64,000 nucleotides of DNA from Gnetum montanum (Eukaryota > Plantae > Gnetophyta), in contig MNCI01001419.1 of NCBI GenBank assembly GCA_015680685.1, positions 177,492 through 241,491 of the forward strand. The letters are read 5' to 3'. Positions 41,461 through 54,960 of this stretch are shown here, in pieces. The notes under the pieces are model-generated. The model made no database searches. It was given only the letters and a program-made list of their open reading frames with translations, and was not told the DNA's origin. Both the position numbers and the translations under genes were made by a program. The first letter of the stretch is position 1. Each line of letters starts with the position of its first letter.

Positions 41461-42479
41461 ATGAGTATTTTCTATCAAATGAATGTACTATATGTTCAAT
41501 AGATGTTTTTTAAATACACACCTACTACGGTCAAGATGACTAATCTCAATGCCTATGCATCAAGCCTAATGGCAATTAACAAGTCATTCGTTACTAACTA
41601 TCAATAGGCAAGACCACTTATGAGTTACCAAGAATCTAGCCCACAAACCATTTAGTACAATAAATCACTCAAAATGGCAAGAGTAACTACTTACTACTAA
41701 TAAATGATATCATCTAAATTCCTTGAATAAGAATACAAAGCTCTTACACATAGCGTTAGTAAATGTCTTTCACATGATTACACTACCTTGCATTTTAGTC
41801 CCCTAATATCTATTACTGTTTCAATTCCTAATACTATATTTGGTTATAGTTACAATTTCTAATCCCATGACTTTTATACTCCATTTAAGAACTAGATTTA
41901 GTAATAGTTACCATCTCTAGTACCATGACTTTAATACTACAGTTAAGAAAGTTGCATTGAAAATAGTTTGGAACCATTTGAGATGCAATAGTTCGCCAAT
42001 TCCCCCAAAATAAATAGTTCACCATTGGTAACTGAGCATGATTACATCTATTCTATTTAGGATTTAAAGAAATCTATGATATGGTTTGTGACCCATGTAT
42101 GCAATGCTAAAACTATGACCAGCATTAATAAAACCATGATTGGGATGCATGATGTTCATTCAACCATGTATGTATGTACATGATTAGACATGGAGATATA
42201 TGATCCATAGTTATTTGCAACCAACATTACGAGAACGAACCTACCTACAGTCAGTCATAGCACATGGGAATATTAAAGTATTGAAAAACCCTACAAAATG
42301 CATCATCTCAGAGTCTTCGTTAAAAGCTTACTGGAAGAACCTCAAGTAACCAAAAGCACTTGTTTCCACTACAGTGTAAATCACTAGAAGTTGAACCCTT
42401 TTCGGCAACATCTGCAGAAAGACTATGACTAACAATCCCTTCTAGTCCATTGTAAATTTATGCTAAAAGTCCTTTGATA

Positions 42480-45310
42480 ATCTAGAAGGCTCGATGCAAG
42501 TTTGAATGCATGCTATTGATTGCATTAGGCCTTTTGGAAGTGATTGTAGGCACGTTGGTGGGCACATCACCTTGTAGTTTGTGTAAAAATCCTACTAGTA
42601 CTATGTCCACAGACTGGAAGTAGTGGTTTCCAAGTAACTGGTCATCATGTGAGGTGACTTTCAAGCATATTGTAAGTGCACTACTACTAGCATTTCCTCG
42701 TAGTCCATTGAAAATCTGGGCTGGAAGACTTCCTATCATTTGGAAGCCTCAATGCAAGTGTGAATGTGAACTTTTGGTTGCATTAGGACATCTAGAAGCA
42801 ATTGTTGGTAAGCTGCTAGATGCATCCCCTCACAATCTATGTAAAAATCCTACTAGAAGTGTGTTTGCCAAGTAGTAGCAGCGGTTTCCAAGTAACTGGT
42901 GATCAACAAAAGTTGGGTGTCTTTTAGGCTAACTACGAGTGGACTACTATTAGCAGACCCTTGTAGTGCATTTTAAATATATGCTATAAGTCTTCCAATT
43001 ATGCGAAAGCCTCTATGCAAGTGTGAATACGCACTACCAATTGTAGTAAGACTTTCAGATGAGACTATGAGGTTGCTGCTCAACATACACCCTCGCAGTG
43101 CATGTGAATATCCCACTAGAAGTGCATCTGTAGACAAGAAGTAGTGGTTTCCAAGTAACTAGTAATCAATGGAAGTAGTGACTTTCAGGGCCCACTACGT
43201 GGTGATTGTTGGATACAACCCCCCACACTGAGTGTTAATATCTCATCAAAAGCACCTACATAGATAGAAATAAGTGGTTTCCAAGTAATTGGTGATCAAC
43301 AAAAGCAAGGTGACTTCCAAAGCCTATTACAAGTATGCTACTCAACATAATCCCTCATAATGTGTTGTAAATCTGAGCTGGAAGTTTTTTAATCATCCAA
43401 AAGCCTCCACACAAGTGTGAATGTGTGTTTTTGGTTGTAGCAGAACTTCTAAAAGTTGTTACGAGGTTGATTGTTGGATACACCCCTTCACTCTATGTGT
43501 AAAAATCCCACTAGTAGTGCATCCATATATAGGAAGTAGAGGTTTCTACGTAACTAGTGATCAATGAAAGCTAGGTGACTTTTGAGACCTATTGTGAGCA
43601 TGTGACATGATGCACCCCCTCGCATTATGTTGTAAATCCAAGCCAAAATTATTTTGATCACTTGGAAGCCTCAATGCAAGGGTGAATGTGCACTATCAAT
43701 TGCAATAGGATTTCTAGAAGCGACTATGAGGTTGTTGCAGGATGCATCCCCTCATACTATGTGTAAATATCCCACCAAAAGCATGTTTATAGAAGGGAAG
43801 CAGTGGTTTCCAAGTAAATTTTAATCAATAGAAGCTGGGTGACTTCTAGGGCCTATTGTGAGCATGTGACATGATGCATTCCCTCGCATTCCACTGTAAA
43901 TCTAAGCTAGAAGTCTTCTAATCACCTGAAAACCTCCATGCAAGTGTGAATGCATGCTACTGATAGTAGTAGGACTTCCAAAAGTGACTGCGACGATGCT
44001 GTTGGATGCACCCCCTCATAGTATGTGTAAATATCCCACCAAAAGTACATTCATTGACTAGAAGTAGTGGTTTCCAAGTAAATGGCGATTAATAGGAGCT
44101 AGTTTTCTCTTGGAACTATTGCGAGTTGATTGTTGGATGCACCCCCTTGTAGTGCATTGTAAATATGACCTACAAGTCTTTTGATCACCTAGAAGCCTTC
44201 ATGCAAGTGTGAATGCACCCTATCAATTATAGTAGGACTTTTGAAAGTGACTACGAGGTTGCTACTGAATGCACCCACTTGCACTATGTCTAAATATTGG
44301 GGCTTACCACAAGTTGACTATTGGATGCACTGATAAAAAGTAATGGTCTCCAATTAAATGGTGATCAATGGAAGCTAGGTTGGGGCTTACTACAAGTTGA
44401 TTGCTGGATGCACCCCCTCGTAGTTTGTTGTAAATCTAAGTTAGAAGTTTTCTGATCATCTAAAGGCCTCCATGCATGTGTGAATGCATGTTACTAGTTG
44501 CAGTAGAAATTTTGAAAGTGACTACGAGGTTGCTACTAGATGCATCCCCTTGCACTATGTGTAAATATCCCATCGAAAGCATATCCATAGATAGGAAGTA
44601 GTGGTTTCTAAGTAACTAGTGATTAATGGAAGCTAGGTAACTTTCGAGGCCTACTGTGAGTTGACTATTGGATGCACCCCCTTGCAATGCATTGTAAATC
44701 CATGCTGGAAGTCTTCTAATCATCTAGAAACCTCCATACAAGTATGAATGCATGCTACGGGTTGCAGTAGGACTTCTAGAAGTAATTGCAAGGATGCTAC
44801 TAGGTTCACTCCCTTACATTGTGTGTAAATGTCCCATCGAAAGTATGTCTATTGATTGGAAGTAGTGGTTTGTAAGTAAATGATGATTAATGAAAGTTGG
44901 CTAACTCCTAGAACTACTATGAGTTGGCTGCTAGATGCACCCCCTCGCAATGCATTATAAATCCAAGTTAGAAATCTTATACTTAGCTAGAAGCCTCCAT
45001 GCAAGTGTGAATGCACACTACTAGTTGCAGTAGGACTTCTAGAAGGGATTGCGATGTTGCTACTAGATGCACCCCCTCGTACCATGTGTAAATATCCCAT
45101 CAGAAGTGCATCCATAGGGTGGAAGCAATGGTTTCCAAGTAATTGACAATCAATGGAAGAAGGGTGACTTCCAAAGCCTATTGTGAGTACGTTGCTTGAT
45201 GCATCCACTCATACTATGTGCAAATATCCCACTGGAAGTGCATCTACAGATTGGAAGCAATGATTTTCAAGTGATTGGTGATTCATAGAAGTAAGGTGAG
45301 TTTCGAAAGC
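42480..45310. repeat. Tandem array, ~264-bp unit, ~10-11 copies
   Basis: CCTCCATGCAAGTGTGAATG anchors at ~42489, 42747, 43010, 43404, 43669, 43933, 44196, 44467, 44731, 44994; AGTGGTTTCCAAGTAA in each unit. Confidence 0.95.
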
Positions 45311-45944
45311 AACTCTGAGTTAGATGCGAGCTACAAGTTTTGAAAAGGATGCAAAACACATTGGCTTACACCTGCTTAAGAAAAAGTATATGTACAATGA
45401 ATGAACAAAAAATAATAACTGAGGTTTTAGATTACAGCCTTGTGGCTAGTTGAAGAAAAGTAGAGAAAGAAGGTTTGTAATGATTTCAAAGGTGTTTATG
45501 AAGGTTGATTTAAATTTGTAAGTTGTCTTTAACATTTTTAATGTTTGTAGAATGCAGAATTGTTTTTTGAGTTACCATCCAAAAATCATTTTTGTTTAGA
45601 TGTGAGGACAACAAGACCATGCTGGTTTTTTCGAAATAGTATGGTAACAAGAAATACAAGACCTAGAAAATGATGCTTTTTCAAAAAATGAAATAAGATG
45701 ATCCTATTTCTATGATGATGCTTTGCTTTAATATACAGAGAAAGAGTGAAAAATTTATTGTGGGTAAACAAAGAAATGCAATGTTTCATTGTGAATTTTC
45801 AAATAGGAAGAAGAATCAACAAAAATGGGAAAAGAAAACTTACTTCCAAGAAAACCGCTACACTTTTCATGCAAGGTAGGTTTTCTTAAATTTTCAAATT
45901 CCTCAACGATGTTTATGATATATTTGTATATTGCATATTTTCAG

Positions 45945-48560
45945 AGTCCTACCTAATGTCCATGTATATACATGAATCAATTGTCATTATTCATATGGCC
46001 CAAATGTTATTGCACGGGTGGCATCTAGGGAAGGAAGAAAAAGAAACAAGATTGGTAGAAAGACTAGTTACTAATGTAATTTCATCATATGTATTATGGT
46101 GGCGCTGAGCATGTTGCATGCATTATATATAAAGAAATGAATCATGTTGGCACATTAGGAGCTTATTGTCATGGCTTGCTTGGTCCTATGTTGGATAGAA
46201 GAGATGCTTAGTCAATACATATTTCCCTTGAGATATGTCAAAGATAGTGTCATTATGGAACCAAGGATTTCTAGTATATCTAATTTATGAGAGATATATT
46301 AAGGATCTATTCAATGAATGGCAAGAATTCAAGTTGTCTTGGTAGAGGGACATGTTTCTTCTTAAAAAGGACATTTATAATATTTGCAAAGATGTTACAT
46401 TGGAATACAAAAAAAGTGAGCATAATAAAATTAGCACAAGGTTATGGTACCAAAGCACCACATATTTCTTCTTTTGCTATCAAGAGGAGAACATTGAATA
46501 GTCTATCCCAACAATCATCAAGTTGCAATCACCATGGATGCTGAAAAAGATGATAGGTCTATTGCAAAACAACATAATTTCAATGGATTCAACCTTCAAC
46601 ACCAACAAATATGAAGTAAATATTTGGGGTATTTTAAAGAAACCATGTATCAAGAATATTTTTTGTTGAAATTAGCTCATTTTTCTAATAAAAATGGTAT
46701 TTTTATAAACAACTCCATCTTCACATAGTCATGGCTTTTGATTTATACTACAATGGATTGCCTATAGGATGGGTGATCTCCTCGAGGGTTATAGAGAGAA
46801 ATGTCACAACTTGGCTATATGAATTGATGAGGAGATGCAAGTCCTGAGAGTTATGATGAATAGTAAATGCATTCATGCTAGATGATTTAAAAGCTAAAAT
46901 GAATGCTATAAGGTAATAGTTATAAACAATGAAATTTAGTTTCTTATTTTAAAGCTTAGCTCAAGACATGGAGATATCAGACTTGAATGTGAAACATTAT
47001 GTGAAATAGTCAGGTTTGTATTTGGTTGTTGTATCTTTCTATGCATTTGGCATGTATGGAGGGCATGGAGGAAGAACTTGGCAACAAAGGTTAGAGATTC
47101 TATAATGAGAAAGGCTATGACATCACATCTAAACTTTGTTATGAATAAACAAAAAAAATCATACGGATGTAGTTGTGGAAATTAACAAGTTTTTCATTGA
47201 GCATTAATAGAATGTTAACTTTATTAGTTACCTAAAGAGCGAATGGATAAATGGATATAAATTTCATAAGTACATATACATTGTAGCTTAATATAATTAG
47301 ATTGCATTATTCTTTTCTTTTTTTCTTTTTTACTTTTTTTTTTGTTGAGGGCTCAAAGGTTCATTTCTTAGGGATGTGGGAAAAAGCCTATCATGATATT
47401 CCTCATGCTCAACAACACACAAACAATGTTGTGGTGTCCTATCATGGATTTTTAAAAGGAAAATTCTTGAGAGATATCAAAAATAGGAAATATTGTTGCA
47501 TTGATTAGCTTATATGGACTTTGATAAAGGTACAATCATGTTACTAAAATAATGCCAGACTTAAAGCTATAGGATATCTAATAAATATAAAGGATAAATA
47601 AATCAATAAGAAGTCATGGGAAAAGGCAATTGAAATCTATGATGATGATTGCAAATAAGTACTGGATAAAGAAGATGAATATCTTGTGCATAGTCAAAAT
47701 TCTTTGAAATAGGATACTTGGTACAAGGTATCGAAGGTGTTCTTCTTTAGTATTTTTTGTGAGTGTAGATGGTTTAGCATCAGTCATTTTTACAACCATT
47801 CAATGAAAGTTATGATATTAGTCAAAGGATATATGAGTGCATATAAGTTCTTCTTTAGATATGAGTATTTTGATTCAAGACCTCCTTTTGAGCTAAACTC
47901 GTTTATACCTCATGAATTTTCAAGCTATGAAGAGGCATCACATTCAGAGATGACACTAGAGATAATCAAATCAAACTCTAGGAAATCAAATATCAAAGAG
48001 GTATAGAGTGCAACAATATCTTCCCATGAGTAGAATAAAAGAGGTGTTCATAAATTATATGAGCAATTCGAAGCATTCGAGGATAATGTAGATGAAAGCT
48101 TGATAGTAAAAATAGCAAAAATAAAAAAAGGCATTCAAAAGTTTTACAAAGAATATTCCCAAAGATAAAGAGAGTGTTCTTGATCTTGAAAAATATGTTG
48201 AGCAAATTCCGTGTAAGTTCTTGATCTCAATAAATGAAAATGATTTGTTAAGTATCAAAGGAGTGTCAAGTTGGGACAACCCTACTAAAAATTGACACAA
48301 AAATCTGTCTAATCCAAAATGTTGTAGAAAAATGTTTATGGAAGGTAGAGACACATTCTAGCTTCACTAACCTATATTTGAATATGTAATTTATGATTAA
48401 TAATTGAAAGAATTAACATTTGTTATTTTTAACTTGTAGAATGCAATGAAGATAGCCAAATTTGTAATCGAAACTCATCTCCCTTATAATCAAATATGTA
48501 GTAGTTGAATGCGCAGGTTGCATGACAGAGAGAAGTTTATGTCATTAGCTGAATTTTGGA
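45945..48560 (+). pseudogene. Spliced Mutator-family DDE transposase with SWIM zinc finger
   Basis: IIYKEMNHVGTLGAYCHG; ISMDSTFNTNKYE|gt; NGLPIGWVISS; AFMLDD; IFLCIWHVWRAWRKNL (CxxH); HTNNVVVSYHGFLK (E>V); CECRW..H SWIM; intron-like AT-rich gaps with GT donors; many stops. Confidence 0.9.
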
Positions 48561-50899
48561 TTGCATAAAGCATATAATTTTTGTCTAAGATGTTTTTTAT
48601 TTGCAAAATTTTGAACATCTAAATAGTAATTGAAACTAATATAAAGATTGAAAAAGGTTTCTATTTAATTTTCTAGTTTTATACACAACTTTTTTGGCAA
48701 ACTACAAGGCCATTGCAGATAGCAACCACTTGTGCCTTTAATATATGTGTTTCACATGATGCTTGCAATTTGTTTCTATGACTACATGCGACCCACATGA
48801 GCCATTAATCAAACCAGAAAGTGTTTTTTAATAATGTGAGCTAATGTAATTCATAACATCGCAGTTTACACTAGCTAACTATGAGACTAATGTGAAATGT
48901 AGGCAGTTCCATTAATATTCTTCAGACAACGAGTACCTGCTGATCATAGTTTCCAAAAAAGATTTTGCATCATAGCATGCCATATGAAACACACATTTCT
49001 ATTTCAATCTACAAGGTTGCTGCTCATGCATGATCCTCACATTATCCTATATGACTATGATTTGCATAATTTATTACATGGCATATGCATCAATGTTACA
49101 GTATGAGTTGAACATTATCCGCATTAGCTCACATTGCACATAAAATGTGAAAACAAAATGGGACCTTCACAAAAATGACACATTACAATTGTTGCAACCA
49201 AGTCCATAGAGATGAAGAGTGCACCAAGTGGGATATCGCCATCATTTCCAAAGAAATCTAATAGCAGAAATAGTGGCTACCTACAGCAATGACAGGTAGG
49301 GTATGTTAGAACCTACAAATTTTAATATTTATGTTGTGGATTTTGTTGTCCTATGGTTTTCTATGACTTCATGCAAAGAAAAAAATTGAAAGAGGTTGCA
49401 TATGTAGAATTCTAGAACTTCTTTGTTTTATTGCTCATGCCTCCTAGCATTGTGATTTTTTTTGTAATTTGAAGTTAATATTTGGGACAGGTGCAATTTT
49501 TTGTGCTACACTGTAGTTATGGGATAGAGTTACTATGAATCCAGTACTACATTAGTTTACTAGAGATGGCCAACATGGGATTCATAAGAGTATGTTTGGT
49601 AATGTGTATTAGACGATGCCTTATTCAAAGATTTGAATGTCTATAAGGGGAAACAATGATGGCTAGGATTGTATGGAATACATCAAAATTTCATGTCTCT
49701 TTTATTTTGGGTATTAATTTAGTTTATGCCTAATTTACAAACAATGGTTTTTGTAATGAGTGATATTTTGTGCTAGGGACTATTTGCTCAAATTTCAAAC
49801 ACAATAAGAATTTTCAACTTACATTATTGATACGTAATTACATAATTTATACCATCTATTCATTATCATATTCTTAGAAATGTCCAAATTAACTTGGATT
49901 TTGTCTCATTAGAAATGTCATGAACCACTTCCTTGACTGTTAGGATGTGTTTGTTATACATTTTATAAGCATTTCTTATGACTGAATAACTAAGGAAAAA
50001 ACCTTTATTGTTAATTTGTCTTAATTTATCTTTGCTTTTCAAAAAAAAAGTAGTTGAAAGTAAAAATTGTTAAGTAATTTTCCTTGGATTTATTACCATA
50101 ATAAAGCTTAGATGGTGTCTTTCTGATGTTTGATCTAATAAGAATCAAATTTAAAATATAGTATGTGATCTTTATGGCTTCTCCCGAAAATCATTTTGGC
50201 AAATTTTACTCATGGAATAGGGTTCTTGTCATTTCTTGAAGCACCTAGTTCTTGTATTTAGTAACTCCATTTTTTCAAGGTGTTCTAAGAACTAAGATTT
50301 AATGCTTAATGCCTTCATTATCATAGCACTTAACAAAATTGGTAACCTCCATGATCACTTCTAATCTTCTTAAGAAAGTACCCCTTTCTATTTGAATCTT
50401 GTAGTAGAGTTTCTTCTTAAAGGATATGGATTTATGCTTATGTTTTTAGCATGTTTCACATACCCTATCCTTATTGGATTGAATGTTAGACAATCCTTCA
50501 ATGATATATTTTTTTGGTAGCTTAGACTTTCAAAGAAATAAGTGGTCTATTGTTCTATGTCACAAGCAGATGTCTTCTTATTAGCTAATTAAACACTTCA
50601 AATTATATCTACTCAATTCAAAATTATCAATAATATATAAATTACTACATTTATGTCCCATGAGGATTACTTCATCAATTTTAACATCCTTAATAATTTA
50701 ATGGTTAACCTAAAACAATACAATAATGCACAATGCGACATAGAACTAATGGAATTGATGCTAGTACACAGTGAATTTACAATACAATGGTTCATACAGC
50801 AACATGCACAACAAAATTATATGTTTCCAGTTGTCATAAACAATCAAAGAAAAAAAATAACTAGTATCATGAGTGGTACCAAATAAATCTCACAATTAG

Positions 50900-53110
50900 C
50901 AACATGCATGACTGCTATGCCCAATTGTGCATCACACTTTTTTTCTTGTGAAAATGCTAAGGGGTGCATCCAACGTAGGAGGATGCACTTGGCCACTTCA
51001 TCACTCTAGCTCTACTAGCTCCCTTATGTTTTTCTAGTGCTACATTCCTATCTATCTCCAATGACTTATAAAGCTATTCATAATTTGCTCCAAATATAGT
51101 AGCCTCTTCCTCCTCCACATACATGACATTAGATGGTCTGCCTTCGTAAAGAAATCATGAAAAACATGTAGTCTCTAAGCTTCTACCTCTTTCTTGAAAC
51201 CTTTTTTTGTTGGGTTTCTAGAACTTTAGCATCTCATCATGAGTATAATAATAAAATGCAATTCTTAATGGCTAATATAAAGACTAAGGAACCTTTCTTG
51301 TGGTTGCAATTTGCAATTTTCTTCATAATTGATATGCAAAGGAAATAATTACCTTGTCATTCAATGTGGGCTTGGGTTTTATTGGTTGAAGTTGTTCATT
51401 AAGTAGGAGCATTTAAAGATGGAAAGTACTACTAAGTACATTAAAGAAATATAAAAGTTAGGCATATATGTTAATTGGTTAGTGGTTGTAAGTAGGAAAC
51501 TTAATGTAGCATTACAATTATTTATTTTGAGCATTTAACATATGGAAATGGCTAGGATAATAGCTTATATATATACTAATTTTTAGATGATTTTTAATTA
51601 TTTTTATTTTTATGATTTGCATTTTTTCTTCATAGAGAGGCAATACATAGCCAACCAAACAAAGGAAGTTAAGTAGACTACAAGGGCAAGAGGCTAGTAG
51701 GCACACGTAGGGGTAATAGTAGATTCAATCCTAGGCTATTGCACAAGATGCTTGTAGAGAGAAGGAAGAGATTTGTAGAGCCCATGAGCAACATGCATGA
51801 GAGGAACATTAGTGCTAGGAGGCAGAGTTTAGAAAAGCCCTAATATGAAGTCCTAAGAACTTCAATTCAATGTTGTAGTTGGTGTGGCTAGAGATGCATG
51901 CCAATCTCATTGAGTGTTGTCTTTAATTCATCATGGGTGGTGGGACTGAATGTTATGAAGAGAAGGCACTTCACTTCTACATCTCACATATTCGAGGTGC
52001 AAGATCATCTATGGTCATCTTCATTGGTGATTCTAGATATCCATTGATAGAGGGCATCCTAGCGGACATACTTCACATAGTAATTGGTGCATGCAGGGAA
52101 TCTTTTACTATTGCAATGATAAATAAAAAAACACAGTTGCTTTTCATGGTTCTTGAGGTGGAGTTAGATGAGATAGGTTTGTCTTACAAGAACTTCTTTC
52201 CTAAATGGAGAGTTCTTGTGAGGGTAGTTCAAACCAGCCTCCTTGTTATGACTCATCACATGCACATAATGTCCTTTACATTGATGATACTACTTCATTT
52301 GGAGGGAGACCATTTCCTCAAATACCCCCACATTCTGATGAGCAAGATGCAAGTCCTAACTATGGATGTAGCGACCATTCCATTTCCATCAGTAGCATTA
52401 GCTCTTTTTAGGCATTGGTAGATTTTAGCACCTAATCATGATGTGAAGGAAATGTAGATATTCAATGAGGACTAGTTGCCTCAATTGGGTTGTTCATTCT
52501 ATACAAAATGGATCCCCAAGACTCATGTCAATGATTTGGTATGGCTACCTGATCCTCAAATGTCAGGGGATTGTGGATGGAATGAGTTCTATGGTAAGGG
52601 TAATTAACAACAAGTTATTCATGTTCAACCACTATAGTAATAGCAGTTTGAAGATGGGGTAGCTATTTTTCAATACTTTAAGGCAATGGAGGCTAGGGTG
52701 AACATAAGCATAGATGGTCTTGTCTTGAGGATTGATGCATTTGAGTCTCAAACGCATCAACATTTTGGCCATGTGGAGAGGAGACAGATCCACTTGCCAT
52801 CAACTATGAAACCATAGCCACTTATACATTTTAGTAGTTTAGGTTAGTGCATAGATACAATGGTTTAGGGAAGTTGGTAGACAACATCCTTGATCTAAAG
52901 TTGATAACCATGGCCACATTAGAGCACATAGTATAGTTAGTACCATCAAATCTAGCTTAGACGAGAGATAACCTTGCTTAATTGGTTGATGACATAGTTA
53001 TTGAGGTAGATTTCATGGAGATAGTGGTTGTAGAAGTAATGGAGAAGGATACCTGTGTTGAGGATGTTGAATAGTCATTCTTGACTCTTATTTTGATTTT
53101 TTTGTTTACC
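50900..53110 (-). pseudogene. Possible decayed multi-exon gene of unknown function (Ser/Thr/Pro-rich long exon)
   Basis: Higher-GC, codon-like blocks separated by AT-rich stretches with donor-like sites (~51352, ~51707); no motif recognised. Confidence 0.3.
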
Positions 53111-53416
53111 ATGAACAATGTTATGATTATTGTCACAATCGATAAGCTCTTGCTTGACTATTGGACATGTTTGTTTGTCATTTGGTGCCTTATTTCTGTA
53201 TAGAACATTATGGTTTTTCATAATTAAAGTTGAAGAGTTTGACCATTTTTGCATTGTGTATTATTCATTTTTTCAAAAAAAATGATTCCAAAGATGTCAA
53301 AACAATGAAATAACCTTATTGTAAGTAAAATATTGATTGCATTCTTCATTTCTATAGTTGAGAAATAATTCCCCATTTAAGCTAGTAATATTTGGTCTCT
53401 CCATTTTGTCAAAATA

Positions 53417-54610
53417 TGAAATTTAACATACTATGAGGGGATGCGGTCCACATACCCTTGTAGTAAATAATCTTTATTGAAACATGCAGGTCACATTCTC
53501 ATGCACTAGTAAATTTTTGATTTTGTTTGACGATGTGATCAGCTACGAGGTGCATTGTAGACAAATCCTGCAGATCATATCTCCTTGCACTAATAAAACT
53601 ACTTTTTGGTATGTGCTATGAAGGAATGCAAGTCGTAGTTTGGCAATGCAGAAAATTTTTTCAACTAGTGCCTCTCCAAACATGCGGTGCACGGTTGCTC
53701 ATACTCATAAAAACATGTTTGTGTTCTAAAGTAAGTGCACATGTGAGCTACATACTATTTGCATGTGCCGAGTGCGAGTAAGGTGCGTAACGTATGTACT
53801 CACAAGTCAGCAAGAAACCTTGACTTTTTCTTAAAATAAGAAAATTAACATACTGCGAGGGTATGCGATTCACATACACTTGTAGTAAATAGTATCTATT
53901 AAGACATGCAGGTTGCATCCTTATGCACTAGTAAATTCTTGGTTTTTTTCAACGATGCAATCACTTGTGAGACACACTGTAGATGAATCCTGCAGATTTC
54001 ATCTCCTCACACTAATAAAATTAGTTTTTGGTATGTACTATGAAGGAATGCAAGTTACATATTTGCAACATAGAAATTTTTTTCAATTACTGCCTCTCTA
54101 AACATGTGGCTCACAATTACTTGCACTGATAAAAACATGTTTTTGTTTTGAACTACATGCACATGCGAGTAGGGTGTGTAACATATGTACTTGCAGGTGA
54201 GCAAGAAACCTTGACTTTAGCTTAAAATAATAAAATTAACATATTGCAAGGGCATGCAGTTTGCATACCGTTGAGACATGTAAGTCTCATCCTCATGCAC
54301 TCGTAAATTCCTAGTTCTATTCGGCAATGTGATCACTTGTGAGATGCACTATAGATGAATTCTACATATCACATCTCGCTACACTGATAAAATTAGGTTT
54401 TGGTATGTATTTTGAAGAAATGTGAATCACATTTTTGCAACACATAAGTTTATTTCAATTGGTGCCTCTCCAAACATGCGACTTGTAATTATTACATTGA
54501 TAAAAACATGTTTTTGTCATGTACTGTGTGCACATGTGAGCTGCATATTATTCACATGAACTGAGTGCGAGTAAGGTGTGTAACGTATGTACTCATAGGT
54601 GAGTAAGAAA
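53417..54610. repeat. Tandem array of three ~390-425-bp units
   Basis: AAATTAACATACTGCGAGGG, TTTTTGGTATGT, ATAAAAACATGTTT and GCAAGAAACCTTGACTTT recur; units start at ~53417, 53841 and 54232. Confidence 0.93.
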
Positions 54611-54960
54611 AGTAATACGACAAAATTATGAGAAGCATATTTTATGTAGAGATTATGACAAATTGCTTGTTCGATGGAAACAATATTAGGAACACATATT
54701 GAACCTTGAAAATTATAGATTCCCTTTTATATTTCAGAAAATAATAATCACAATACGAAACAAATGAACATCATATATATTTCAAATTGGTAACCATGAT
54801 ATAAATACATTGTTCTCACATGAACAAAAAATTTTCCTTTCATTAAAGATGGCGAAGAGGCATTTACATCATAGATGTTTTTTACATTAGAAACAAGATA
54901 CAGTCCATGCTCACTACAATCCTCGCAGACAAGATGCTACACACAAATTTTTTACCATGG

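Noticed and set aside
42480-45310. CRISPR-like array (recurring AGTGGTTTCCAAGTAA)
   Set aside because: The sequence between anchors is itself repeated rather than unique spacer, the context is plant nuclear DNA, and there are no cas genes.
51933-52421. 162-aa plus-strand ORF as a gene
   Set aside because: No motif or supporting gene structure; probably the opposite strand of the decayed minus-strand block.
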